Assembly: GCA_031394125.1 (NCBI GenBank)
Contig: JANMWS010000009.1
Location: 39,754 to 103,753 of the forward strand
Reading direction: 5' to 3'
DNA length: 64,000 bases
Origin: Gemmatimonadales bacterium
GTDB lineage: Bacteria > Gemmatimonadota > Gemmatimonadetes > Gemmatimonadales > Gemmatimonadaceae
The translations under genes and the position numbers were made by a program. The notes beneath the pieces are model-generated. The model was not told the DNA's origin, did not search any database, and saw only the letters and a program-made list of their open reading frames with translations. Numbering within the stretch: position 1 is the first letter of the stretch; each line of letters begins with the position of its first letter. This document shows, one piece after another, positions 38,177-47,799 of the stretch.

Positions 38177-40282
38177 ATGAGCAAACCAGCTCTGATTGCA
38201 ATGCTCGCGCTGCTCGCGCTGACTCTGCCGCTTCGCGCGCAGACGACTCCCGGCTACTCTCAACAGGCAGCGGTTACCGAGCGCGCTAGTGAAGCTGACG
38301 CGATAACGCGCCCGTCGCCGTCGAGCGCTTCAGCGCACTCGAGATTTCTCTCCCAGCAGCCACACATGGCCGGCACGCCGGCGCAGGCGCGGACCCGCGA
38401 CTACGTGATCAACCAGATGAAATCGTGGGGACTCGAAACGGAGGTGCGCTCTTATAGTGTCTGGATGCCGCATCCGGTGAGCACGCGAGTCTGGCGGATC
38501 GCGCCCAATCCCGTCGAGTTCGATCTGAAAGAGGGAATTATTCCTGAAGACACGACCTCTGCTGCGTATCCACAGGTAACGCCATTCAACGGCTATGGCG
38601 CGGCTGGCGATGTTCGTGGCGAAGTCGTCTACGTGAACTATGGGCTGATCGAGGACTACGCGCAGCTGGATTCGATGGGCGTGTCGGTCAAAGGCAAAAT
38701 CGCGGTCGCACGCTACGGCCGATCATATCGCGGCATCAAGGCGAGAGAGGCGGAGAAGCACGGAGCAGTCGGCCTGATCATCTACAGCGATCCCGCCGAC
38801 GATGGATACGTGCGCGGCGACGTTTACCCTGTTGGTCCAATGCGTCCGTCGCACGGAATTCAGCGCGGGAGCGTCATGAATCCGAGCGGCGATCCTAGTA
38901 CTCCAGGGTATCCGAGCACGTCGAACGCGCGGCGAATACCCGTCGCCGAAATGGACATCCCACGCATCCCGGTATTGCCGGTCTCGTACGGGAATGCCGC
39001 CGAACTCCTTCGCGGATTGGGCGGTAAGTCGATTCCTCAGCCATGGCAGGGCGGTCTTGCCTTCAGGTATCACGTCGGGCCTGGGCCGGTGCAGGCTCGA
39101 ATTGCAGTGACGACCGATGCTACCACGAATCCATACAAACAGATCTGGGACACATTCGGAACGATTCGCGGAGCGGAATTTCCGGACGAGATCGTGCTCG
39201 TTGGCGGCCATCGCGATGCATGGGGACCAGGAGCAGCCGACAACGTCAGCGGCACCGTCAGTGTACTCGAAGCAGCGCGAACAATCGCCGAGCAAGTGAG
39301 AGCCGGGCGCAGGCCAAAGCGCACGATAATATTCGCGACGTGGGATGCCGAAGAATGGGGACTGCTCGGCTCTACTGAATTCGTCGAGGAAGATTCGCTG
39401 CGTCTGAGCAGGAACGCGGTTGCCTATCTGAACCAGGATGATGTTGCTCAGGGGCCGAACTTCAGCGGTGGCGGATCTCCATCATTGCGCGCGCTGCTGC
39501 GCGACGTTGCCAAGGAAGTGCCTGATCCGAGTCATCAGGGCAGCGTGTACGATGTCTGGAGAAAACGAGCAAACCTCGCAGCAGACACACTCGAGCCAGA
39601 AATGGGTGATCCTGGTGGCGGCTCCGACTTCGCGGGTTTTTACAATCATCTCGGGATTCCAATCGCGGATTGGGGTTTCAGCGGGCCGCAGGGTGTCTAC
39701 CACTCCGCCTACGACTCCTATCACTGGATGGCGAAATTCGGCGACCCAAATTTCGAGTTTCATGCTGCAAATGCGCGCATCGGTGCGGCCGCGCTTCTGC
39801 GGCTCGCAAACGCCGAGATTCTCCCTTACGACTACGTGGAGTACGCGCGCACTATGAAGCGATTCGCGTCGCAGGTAGGCCAGGCAATGTCTGACAAGCA
39901 TTGGAAACTGTCCGCTGCCGAACTATCCGGAGCAGTTGGAAGAATGGAAAGAGCAGCCATCATGTTTTCAGCCGCGCGAGACCGTGCGCTTGCGGCTCAA
40001 CTATCGACCGCGACCGCGAAGCAGGTCAACTCTACGCTTCTCGGAGTGGAACGACAGCTCACAAGAGCGCAGGGACTTGTGACTCGCCCCTGGTTCAGAA
40101 ACTTGATTTTCGCCTCTGACGAGAACAACGGTTACTCGACGATGGTGTTGCCGTCGGTAAACGAAGCAATCCGACTAGGCGACGAAACTGCAACAGCTCG
40201 GGAGCTGACAGACATCGCTCAACGCTTCGATGCGGCAACGCGAGCGTTGCAGGTGGCAACAGGATTGCTACAGAAAAGCTGA
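38177..40282 (+). CDS. M28 family peptidase with PA and transferrin-receptor-like dimerisation domains (glutamate carboxypeptidase II-like)
   Basis: Signal peptide MSKPALIAMLALLALTLPLRA. Zinc-ligand blocks GGHRDAWGPGAADNVSG and WDAEEWGLLGS, with a C-terminal helical TFR_dimer-like domain. The track ORF is 5'-extended from 37790. Confidence 0.85.
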   Translation: MSKPALIAMLALLALTLPLRAQTTPGYSQQAAVTERASEADAITRPSPSSASAHSRFLSQQPHMAGTPAQARTRDYVINQMKSWGLETEVRSYSVWMPHPVSTRVWRIAPNPVEFDLKEGIIPEDTTSAAYPQVTPFNGYGAAGDVRGEVVYVNYGLIEDYAQLDSMGVSVKGKIAVARYGRSYRGIKAREAEKHGAVGLIIYSDPADDGYVRGDVYPVGPMRPSHGIQRGSVMNPSGDPSTPGYPSTSNARRIPVAEMDIPRIPVLPVSYGNAAELLRGLGGKSIPQPWQGGLAFRYHVGPGPVQARIAVTTDATTNPYKQIWDTFGTIRGAEFPDEIVLVGGHRDAWGPGAADNVSGTVSVLEAARTIAEQVRAGRRPKRTIIFATWDAEEWGLLGSTEFVEEDSLRLSRNAVAYLNQDDVAQGPNFSGGGSPSLRALLRDVAKEVPDPSHQGSVYDVWRKRANLAADTLEPEMGDPGGGSDFAGFYNHLGIPIADWGFSGPQGVYHSAYDSYHWMAKFGDPNFEFHAANARIGAAALLRLANAEILPYDYVEYARTMKRFASQVGQAMSDKHWKLSAAELSGAVGRMERAAIMFSAARDRALAAQLSTATAKQVNSTLLGVERQLTRAQGLVTRPWFRNLIFASDENNGYSTMVLPSVNEAIRLGDETATARELTDIAQRFDAATRALQVATGLLQKS

Positions 40283-40294
40283 AATGCAGCTCGC

Positions 40295-41089
40295 ATGACG
40301 CGCGCTGTCTCAGGCCCGGACATTGCGGTGATCGCGATTGATGAAAGCACGACCGGAAGAAAATTGACAAGAACTGCTAGAGCAGAAGCGAGACGATCAC
40401 GGCTCACTCCAGAAGAAGTGGTGCCGATTGCAGCGTATGGTGCGAGGGCAACCTGGCCAGCCGGATTCCAGCTGTATCAACGCGGCGCGGCGGCGGATGG
40501 AGTCTTCGTCGTTCTGAACGGGCACATCGTTCTGCGCAACAAGATCAAAGTTGGTCGCGGATTCGTTCCGGTCATCGCCACGGCAGGGCAGACATTCGGC
40601 ACGGAAGGCTTGTCGCCGAACAGTGATTACGTAACCGACGCCAGCGCATCCGAAGAGACGAAGACTCTGTTTCTGAGCGGCGCGCAGTTTCGCGCATTCG
40701 TGAGAGAGGCCCCCGGCCAGACACTCCCACTGCTGTCGCAGATAATGTCGGAGCGCGCTTATCTGCTCGAGAAGCTGCACGAGCTTGCGGCGTTGAACGT
40801 CGACCAGCGGCTCATATCCACACTCTCACACCTCAGCACTGATTGCAGCTTCACGACTGATGATGGGCGGCTGAAGCTCGAGAACAACCACCACCGCCTT
40901 CTCTGCGAGATGGTCGGCGCGACCCGCGAGTCGATCGCGCTGGCGCTCAGCCGACTAGTGTCAGCGGGAATTGCGGAGAGGAGGGGAATGACCTTCCTAA
41001 TCGAGCCCAACTCTCTCGCTGCCGGGCTTGGCAACGGGCACGACACTGAATCCGCATCGTCGATGACGAGAGAGCTGTTCCCTCAGTGA
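40295..41089 (+). CDS. Crp/Fnr family transcriptional regulator
   Basis: Cyclic-nucleotide-binding-type beta-roll (FQLYQRGAAADGVFVVLNGHIVL) and a C-terminal HTH (TRESIALALSRLVSAGIAERRG). No N-terminal FNR Cys cluster seen. Confidence 0.8.
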   Translation: MTRAVSGPDIAVIAIDESTTGRKLTRTARAEARRSRLTPEEVVPIAAYGARATWPAGFQLYQRGAAADGVFVVLNGHIVLRNKIKVGRGFVPVIATAGQTFGTEGLSPNSDYVTDASASEETKTLFLSGAQFRAFVREAPGQTLPLLSQIMSERAYLLEKLHELAALNVDQRLISTLSHLSTDCSFTTDDGRLKLENNHHRLLCEMVGATRESIALALSRLVSAGIAERRGMTFLIEPNSLAAGLGNGHDTESASSMTRELFPQ

Positions 41090-41095
41090 CACGGA

Positions 41096-41908
41096 ATGGA
41101 CGGGCAGCAGAGCGCTGATACAGCGCCGGTAATACGCGGCGCGCAAACGATCGACCTGCAGGAGGAGGGCTCAATGGGAGTCCTCCTCCTGCATGGTTTT
41201 GGAGACACACCCCAGACGCTCGCGCTGCTCGCACGGAAACTCCACAAATCCGGTTACAGCCTGTATGCGCCATTACTACCCGGGCATGGGCGCAACATGG
41301 ATGCCTTTGGGAAATCGCGTTCCGCGGACTGGGTCTCCGCGGCTAGAAGCGCGCTCACGGAAATGCGCCGGAGACACTCGTCCGTCTCTGTCGTTGGGCT
41401 TTCGATGGGTGGCGCGCTGGCAGTACTGCTCGCTGCTGAGCTCTGTGATATTCCCGCACTGGTCCTGATTGCGCCATATCTCGCCATGCCGCGGGTGTTG
41501 AGACTGGCGGCGTCGACGCACTGGGCCTGGGAAAGATTTGTGGGAGAGGTGAACTCGAGAGATCCGCGTTCAATCCGTGATCCAATAGAGCGGGAGAAAA
41601 ACCTTGCCTATGGCGCCATCACCGGTCGCGCGCTATTCGAATTGTCGAAGGTCGTGAAGCGCGCCAGGAAATCTCTCCGGGACGTGAAAGCGCCCACCCT
41701 AATAATCCAATCCCGCGAAGATCCGCGGTGCCCGCCTGATGTCGCCGAATTCGCGTTGAAGACGCTAGGCGCGCAGGAAAAGAAACTGATCTGGACGGAA
41801 GGGGCAGGGCACATCATCACGGTCGACTATGGCCGCGAGCACGTCTTCACTGAGGTCGAGCATTGGCTGAGGGAGCACACCGACCGTGGCGCGGCAACCG
41901 CCGTCTAG
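41096..41908 (+). CDS. alpha/beta hydrolase (carboxylesterase/monoacylglycerol-lipase-like)
   Basis: LLLHGFGDTPQ, nucleophile elbow GLSMGG, C-terminal GAGHII. Confidence 0.8.
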   Translation: MDGQQSADTAPVIRGAQTIDLQEEGSMGVLLLHGFGDTPQTLALLARKLHKSGYSLYAPLLPGHGRNMDAFGKSRSADWVSAARSALTEMRRRHSSVSVVGLSMGGALAVLLAAELCDIPALVLIAPYLAMPRVLRLAASTHWAWERFVGEVNSRDPRSIRDPIEREKNLAYGAITGRALFELSKVVKRARKSLRDVKAPTLIIQSREDPRCPPDVAEFALKTLGAQEKKLIWTEGAGHIITVDYGREHVFTEVEHWLREHTDRGAATAV

Positions 41909-41936
41909 CGAGAGCGGCTGCCGAACACCCTGAAAA

Positions 41937-42310
41937 CTAGAAGCGATCCTGTACGAACTCCGTAACCGAATCGACGGCGCGCTCGCCCAACCCCGCCGCC
42001 TGTTGGACTACACCCGATGCAACACGCTTCACGCGAGCCACAGGGGACTGTTTCCTCCGACGAGAACGGCCGCTGCTCTTCTTCCTTGAAGACGACTTGG
42101 AAGCGGACTTTCGTCCCGCGCTCTTGCGACTCGAAGAAGCTTTTCTCCCGCCCTTTCGCCGCGACGACTTTCGCGCACCCGAAGATTTGCGGGCGCTCGA
42201 CCGCTTCCGGCCGGTAACCTTGCGGCGTACGCTCTTGCGTCCGGAGGATTTGGACCGCGACCTCTTTCTACCACCACTTCGACTACTGGACTTCTTGGCT
42301 GCAGCCATTG
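41937..42310 (-). CDS. highly basic Ser/Arg/Lys-rich repeat protein (histone-H1-like low-complexity), function unknown
   Basis: Start placed at MAAAKK (42310) with GGAG about 10 nt upstream. About 85 aa of degenerate SS-x-RKS-x-GRK repeats, then an ordinary 35-aa C-terminus (VARVKRVASGVVQQAAGLGERAVDSVTEFVQDRF). Confidence 0.6.
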
Positions 42311-42420
42311 GAAAGCTCCGTGTAGGAGGGTTTGTCAGAACGGATAGCAAGATTCGCGCACAATAAGATGGTGGGCCGCTGTAGGGCGGTGCAACGACTC
42401 GCCGAAGCAATGCATTCGGA

Positions 42421-43431
42421 TCACGGAATGATGCGCGTCTCGCCGTGCCGCATGATCCACAGGTCTTCGCCGTTGCGCCCAGCAGCTTGCCACCGCTCGC
42501 GCATTTGTGCTGGTGGTTCATCCATCGGTTCATCCGTGAGCTTAAACGTTCCCCAATGGGCCGCAGCCATCACCAGCGTGGCTCCGTTCTGGCCAGCCTC
42601 CAGCTGGTCGACGGCGTTGATGCAATCTTCCGGATTCATGTGCACGGAACCCATGAACCATCGAGGCTCGTAAGCACCGATTGGGAGAATCGCGAGGTCG
42701 AAAGGCCCGCACCTAGTGGCAATAGAGCCAAAATCCGGGTGAAGAGCGGTATCCCCGGCAAAGAAGATAGAGTGGCCCCTGGTCCGAAGCGCCCACCCGC
42801 ACCAGAGCGTGGTGTTTCGCTTGCCGAGGGTTCTACCCGAGAAGTGTTGAGCGGGAAGGCAGGTCAGGCGGAGATCACCGAGCGTACTCTCGTCCCACCA
42901 GTCGCTCTGTACAACGTCTCGTGCCCCATGGCGGCGCAGAAACGCTCCTACGCCGAGGGGTGCGTACCACGTCGTCGCGGGATAACGCTCCGCGAGGCGC
43001 GATACACTCGACGAGTCGAGATGGTCGTAGTGGTCATGCGAAAGAATTACGACATCGATGGGCGGCAGCGCATCAAAGCCCACCGCAGGTGGCACCCATC
43101 GTTTCGGCCCGGCGAACTGTACCGGTGACGCGCGTTCGCTCCAGATAGGGTCTGTCAGCACGTTGAGTCCGCCTATCTGGATCAGAAAGCTCGTGTGTCC
43201 AATCCAGGTAATGGTCAACAGGTCGGGAGCTGCGCGCGGAACGACGTACGAGGGGGCGGCACGCGTGAATACTCTGGGGTCGGGGTCGGGGCGCGGCGGA
43301 TTCCGCCGTCGCTCGATCAGTGACCACCTAAGGAAATCAAGAAATCCGTGTATCTGCGCACCCGGCCACGGGTTGCGAAATCCACCTCCTGGCCGATGGT
43401 GGGCGGGGAGCCGCAGGTCTGGTTGAGCCAT
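42421..43431 (-). CDS. MBL-fold metallo-hydrolase (NAPE-PLD-like)
   Basis: ILSHDHYDHLD metal-binding motif and the length and blocks typical of the beta-lactamase-fold Zn hydrolases of the NAPE-PLD clade. Confidence 0.85.
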   Translation of the reverse strand: MAQPDLRLPAHHRPGGGFRNPWPGAQIHGFLDFLRWSLIERRRNPPRPDPDPRVFTRAAPSYVVPRAAPDLLTITWIGHTSFLIQIGGLNVLTDPIWSERASPVQFAGPKRWVPPAVGFDALPPIDVVILSHDHYDHLDSSSVSRLAERYPATTWYAPLGVGAFLRRHGARDVVQSDWWDESTLGDLRLTCLPAQHFSGRTLGKRNTTLWCGWALRTRGHSIFFAGDTALHPDFGSIATRCGPFDLAILPIGAYEPRWFMGSVHMNPEDCINAVDQLEAGQNGATLVMAAAHWGTFKLTDEPMDEPPAQMRERWQAAGRNGEDLWIMRHGETRIIP

Positions 43432-43467
43432 GCGATTAAGTAGTGACCAAATCTCTGGGTTGCGATC

Positions 43468-44607
43468 TCAGCTGACCGCTGCGCGCTCCAGGTTCTGTTC
43501 GAGATGAGCAACAGATTTCATTCCAACCAGCGTGGCATTGAGTGGGAGCGACTGGGCGAATGCTATGGCGCGCCTGGCATCGGTGCTGAAACCGGGGAAA
43601 GCGGAGCGAAGCTGATCGGGGAGCGACTGCGCGAGCTGAGATTGCATGAGGGTAGCACTTCCAACGACTCCCATGTCGACGCGGTGCGCGGCCTCCAGCA
43701 GCGAGATGCGGTCAGTGCCCACACACTGTGTAGGAACACGGACTGCCTCCGTCATGGCAAGGTTGATCGGGAGCTGGATGAGCTTGAAGTGGTGGTTCTC
43801 GCCTCCCACCTCGCGCGCAACGTTTACGAGCTCCTCGAGGCTCAGATGGTTTCGAGCTTCCGGCGGTATCCTGAACCCGTTCCAGGTCGAGCAACCGTAA
43901 CAACCAATGATCCCACGCTGTACCTGTTGCTCCAGCATTGAAAACGCGGCACCGATCACGCTCAGAAATGTCGAGCGACTCAGCACATCGAGTTGTTGCT
44001 CGGGGTTGTGAAGGTAATAGACATCGATGAATGCGAGTCCGAGATTGCGCCGGCTTCGCTCGATCTGATCGTTCAGGTATCGCGGGGTCAGACAGTGGCC
44101 TCCGGACACAACATCCTGCGGCTGCATCACGCCGGGCCCGTAATACTCGCTGTCGAGAAAGCCCCGGTATCCTTCCTTGGTGCCTGGTGGCGTACGCTCG
44201 AGAGGTATGTATCCGCCTTTGGTGCAAACCACTATTTCTGACCGCTCGATGTCGCTCCGAGACAGGAGGATGCGAACCGCTTCTCCTATTGCGCGCTCCG
44301 AGCGCTGACACCTGTAATTGATTGCAGTGTCCAACAGGTTCACGCCCTTGGCCAGGGCAGCTACTACAGTTGCCGTGTAACGGTTGTCTTCCGCGTCATC
44401 GCATTCGCCGAGGTAGGTGCCGAGACCAAGCGAGGAGACCACGAGGCCGTCAGAGAGTGGCCGATAGAAATGGTCGATTTGCCCATTTTCGAACCGTTTT
44501 TGAAATCGGTGAGTGCCTTCCGGGGTCGCGCGTCCCTCGATGAGAGGCTGTAGTGCTTTGGATCGACTCATTGGGGAGAGGCTATGGACGTCGGACATCT
44601 CGCGCAA
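43468..44607 (-). CDS. aldo/keto reductase family oxidoreductase
   Basis: LGLGTY, DTAINY and VCTKGG blocks with the (alpha/beta)8 AKR pattern. The start may be an internal Met. Confidence 0.82.
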   Translation of the reverse strand: MREMSDVHSLSPMSRSKALQPLIEGRATPEGTHRFQKRFENGQIDHFYRPLSDGLVVSSLGLGTYLGECDDAEDNRYTATVVAALAKGVNLLDTAINYRCQRSERAIGEAVRILLSRSDIERSEIVVCTKGGYIPLERTPPGTKEGYRGFLDSEYYGPGVMQPQDVVSGGHCLTPRYLNDQIERSRRNLGLAFIDVYYLHNPEQQLDVLSRSTFLSVIGAAFSMLEQQVQRGIIGCYGCSTWNGFRIPPEARNHLSLEELVNVAREVGGENHHFKLIQLPINLAMTEAVRVPTQCVGTDRISLLEAAHRVDMGVVGSATLMQSQLAQSLPDQLRSAFPGFSTDARRAIAFAQSLPLNATLVGMKSVAHLEQNLERAAVS

Positions 44608-44689
44608 GAGGATGCCGGGCGAACTGACCCTTACGTTGCTGTTGACGCGTCCGCAACTTACGAATTCCTCAACACAACAGCTCTTGAAC

Positions 44690-46684
44690 GTGAAGAATTA
44701 CGCCTTTCTGGTTGCCGTGCTCGCAGCGTGCGCGCAGCAACGCCCGGTCGTTCTCGCGCCGGTGCGAATGGATGCTCCAGGCGCCGCCCCTACAGTATCC
44801 GGCTCTGTTTTCGATACCCAACGCGATGATCCGTTTGCGACCACTAACCGGATCGACTGGCCGGGCCCGAATCGATACCGCTCATCGAGTGGTGTGCCAG
44901 GCCCAGACTACTGGCAACAGAGAGCGGACTACATGATAGCTGCGTCACTCGACACCGGCTCGGCGCAGCTCACGGGCTCGGTGCAAATCAGATATACAAA
45001 TAATTCACCTGACACCCTTCGATATGTCTGGGTTCAGATCGACCAGAATCTCTACCGTGCGGGAAGCAAAGGATCGGCGCTATTTCCTGCGGACTCACGC
45101 TGGGGAGTCAGGGGATTCCAAGGGGGTTACGACCTGACGGATGTGCAGGTGAATGGGACGTCCGTGCGGCCCCGGATCAACGATACCATGATGCGTCTCG
45201 ATCTATCTACACCGCTCGTGCCCGGCGGTGGGAAAGCGACAATCTCGCTCAAATACTCATTCAGAGTGCCGGAGCACGGATCGGATCGGATGGGACGGGA
45301 CAGCGCGCTCTTCGAGATCGCACAGTGGTACCCGCGCATGGCAGTCTACGACGACGTCCGCGGATGGAACACCGATCCCTACCTTGGGCAGGGTGAGTTC
45401 TACCTCGAGTACGGCGATGTCGACTATTCGGTGACGGCACCAGCGGGATACACCATTGCCGGCAGCGGCGTTCTACAAAACCCCGAAGAGGTTCTGACCG
45501 CGGAGCAACGCCGCCGTCTCACGACAGCGTCACGGAGTACTGACGTGGTGCCAGTCATTACCGAAGCAGAAGCGGATGCGGCAAATACACGACTTGTTGC
45601 CGGTACGAAAACCTGGCGCTTCCGCGCGCAACACGTCCACGACGTTGCCTGGGCTGGCGCTCCTGACTTCAGGTGGGATGCAACCAGCTGGAATGGCGTG
45701 CTCGCGCAAGCATATTACGAATTCCCCAAAGCCGGAAAAGCATGGGAACACGCGGCCGAACAAACGGCGTGGACGATTCGTCAGTACTCGCAGCTCTTCT
45801 TTCCATATCCCTGGCCGCAGGCGACGAGCGTTGCAGGCCCGGTCGGCGGAATGGAATACCCGATGTTCGTCATGGTGCACTACGGCAATGATGACCCGGC
45901 GTCGATTTTCGGCACGATCAATCACGAACACGGCCACGAATGGTTTCCGATGATCGTCGGCTCGAATGAGCGTCGCTATGCGTGGATGGATGAAGGCTTC
46001 AACACCTATCTCAATGCGTTTGCGAATGAGGCGCGGTACCCGGGACAGAACGCGTATCCCGGCTACCTGAAGAACTGGGGCGATGCGGTGACGCAGAGAA
46101 CGCAGTCTCCGCTGATGACCGCGCCCGACAACATCGATGCTGCCGCGCTGGGTGCGATCGGCTACCGGAAGCCCGCGGTTGTACTGCTGACGCTGCGGAA
46201 CCACGTTGTCGGACCTGACCTATTCGATACCGCTTTCCGCGAGTACACCAGGATTTGGGCGTTCAAGCATCCAACCCCCGGTGATTTCTTTCGCAGCGTC
46301 GAGAACTCCGTCGGCGAAGACCTCTCCTGGTTCTGGCACAGCTTCTTCTACACGACGGACGTGCTCGATATCGGCATCGAAGGTGTTTCGACGCGCACCT
46401 CCGAGGGCCAGACATTCGCGGTGATCACGCTGCGCCGGAATACATCCATACCGTTTCCGGTTCGGTTGCGGGTGGCCTATGCGGACGGCACGACTCAGGA
46501 TTTCTCGCTGCCCGTGAACATCTGGGCTGGCGGCAATCGATTCGAGGCGGTTCTATCCGTGCGAGGTCCGGTGACCGGTGTTCGGCTCTGGCCCGATCCT
46601 TCGGTGCCTGACTGGAATTCCGCGAACGACACGTGGGGCAACGCACCGCCCGCAAACCCCGCGGGACCGGTTACGCGCGAGTAG
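44690..46684 (+). CDS. M1 family metallopeptidase (aminopeptidase N-like) lipoprotein
   Basis: HEHGHEWF (HExxH) plus WMDEGFNTY third ligand. Lipobox VLAAC after the proposed GTG start 44690; the track ORF opens at 44513 and overlaps the divergent gene. Confidence 0.85.
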   Translation: MKNYAFLVAVLAACAQQRPVVLAPVRMDAPGAAPTVSGSVFDTQRDDPFATTNRIDWPGPNRYRSSSGVPGPDYWQQRADYMIAASLDTGSAQLTGSVQIRYTNNSPDTLRYVWVQIDQNLYRAGSKGSALFPADSRWGVRGFQGGYDLTDVQVNGTSVRPRINDTMMRLDLSTPLVPGGGKATISLKYSFRVPEHGSDRMGRDSALFEIAQWYPRMAVYDDVRGWNTDPYLGQGEFYLEYGDVDYSVTAPAGYTIAGSGVLQNPEEVLTAEQRRRLTTASRSTDVVPVITEAEADAANTRLVAGTKTWRFRAQHVHDVAWAGAPDFRWDATSWNGVLAQAYYEFPKAGKAWEHAAEQTAWTIRQYSQLFFPYPWPQATSVAGPVGGMEYPMFVMVHYGNDDPASIFGTINHEHGHEWFPMIVGSNERRYAWMDEGFNTYLNAFANEARYPGQNAYPGYLKNWGDAVTQRTQSPLMTAPDNIDAAALGAIGYRKPAVVLLTLRNHVVGPDLFDTAFREYTRIWAFKHPTPGDFFRSVENSVGEDLSWFWHSFFYTTDVLDIGIEGVSTRTSEGQTFAVITLRRNTSIPFPVRLRVAYADGTTQDFSLPVNIWAGGNRFEAVLSVRGPVTGVRLWPDPSVPDWNSANDTWGNAPPANPAGPVTRE

Positions 46685-46759
46685 TGTGGTCGTTTGGTTT
46701 AAGAGGGGCTCTCCGATAGATTGCAGGTGTACCCGATACTGAGATCACTGGAGTAAGTA

Positions 46760-47509
46760 ATGCCGGATTTTGGAAGCTGGGCAACGGCTTGGTGGAAGCC
46801 GATTCTGTTCGTAGTGGTTGCTGGACACCTCACCAACGTGTCCGTTACACTCTTTCTGCACCGGGCTCAGACCCATCGCGGGGTCAGGCTGCACTTCCTC
46901 GCAGCTCTGCCCATGCGGCTGTGGTTGTGGCTCTCGACGGCCATCGTCACCAAGGAATGGGTGGCATGTCATCGAAAGCACCACGCGTTCGCCGACCGCG
47001 AAGGGGATCCGCACAGTCCGCTCATGGAAGGATTGCGGAACATCGTGCTGAAGGGCGCCTTCTACTATAGAAAGACGGTTCGTCAGCCTGGAGTCCTCGA
47101 CAAGTATGGAAAGGGGACCCCGAACGATTGGCTCGAGAGGCATCTCCTTTCTCCGCTCAATTGGGTGGGCATTCTGGTGATGCTGGCCGTTGACATCTAC
47201 CTGTTCGGCTTCTTTGTCGGCCCCCTCGTTTGGGGCGTCCAGATGATCTGGATACCATTCTGGGCAGCCGGGATCGTAAATGGAGTAGGTCATGCAGTCG
47301 GCTACCGGAACTTCGACGTCAAGGACGAGAGCCGCAACATCTCCCCGATTGCGATCTGGCTGGGCGGCGAGGAGCTGCACAACAACCATCACGCCGATCC
47401 TCACTCCGCGAAATTCAAGGCTAAGTGGTATGAATTCGACATCGGCTGGATGTATCTGCGACTCCTTTCCATTTTCGGCCTCGCTGAAATCTTCTACGCG
47501 CGCAGGTAG
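46760..47509 (+). CDS. membrane fatty-acid (acyl-CoA/acyl-lipid) desaturase
   Basis: Three histidine boxes: HRAQTH, HRKHH and HNNHH. Confidence 0.85.
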   Translation: MPDFGSWATAWWKPILFVVVAGHLTNVSVTLFLHRAQTHRGVRLHFLAALPMRLWLWLSTAIVTKEWVACHRKHHAFADREGDPHSPLMEGLRNIVLKGAFYYRKTVRQPGVLDKYGKGTPNDWLERHLLSPLNWVGILVMLAVDIYLFGFFVGPLVWGVQMIWIPFWAAGIVNGVGHAVGYRNFDVKDESRNISPIAIWLGGEELHNNHHADPHSAKFKAKWYEFDIGWMYLRLLSIFGLAEIFYARR

Positions 47510-47517
47510 ATCCGCGC

Positions 47518-47799
47518 GTGCCTGAATCAGTAACCTGCGCGCGCTGTGGTCAGACGCGCGCGGGGTTCGTAAAAGCGCCGTTTCCGGGCCCAATCGGGGC
47601 CCGCGTCGTCGAGGAGATCTGCACACAGTGCTGGGCGGACTGGCTAAAGCAGCAGACGATGCTGATCAATCATTACGGCCTCAATGTGATGGACCCTCAG
47701 GCGCGGGCCTTCCTGACGAAGAACATGAGCGCCTTCTTCTTCAAAACTGGCGCTTCCTCCGACATCGACACCAGCAGGAAAGGAACGATCAGTCACTAA
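47518..47799 (+). CDS. yggX: Fe(2+)-trafficking / oxidative-damage protection protein YggX family
   Basis: VTCARCGQTRAGF...CWADWLKQQTMLINHYGLN, typical of YggX. 93 aa. Confidence 0.85.
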   Translation: MPESVTCARCGQTRAGFVKAPFPGPIGARVVEEICTQCWADWLKQQTMLINHYGLNVMDPQARAFLTKNMSAFFFKTGASSDIDTSRKGTISH

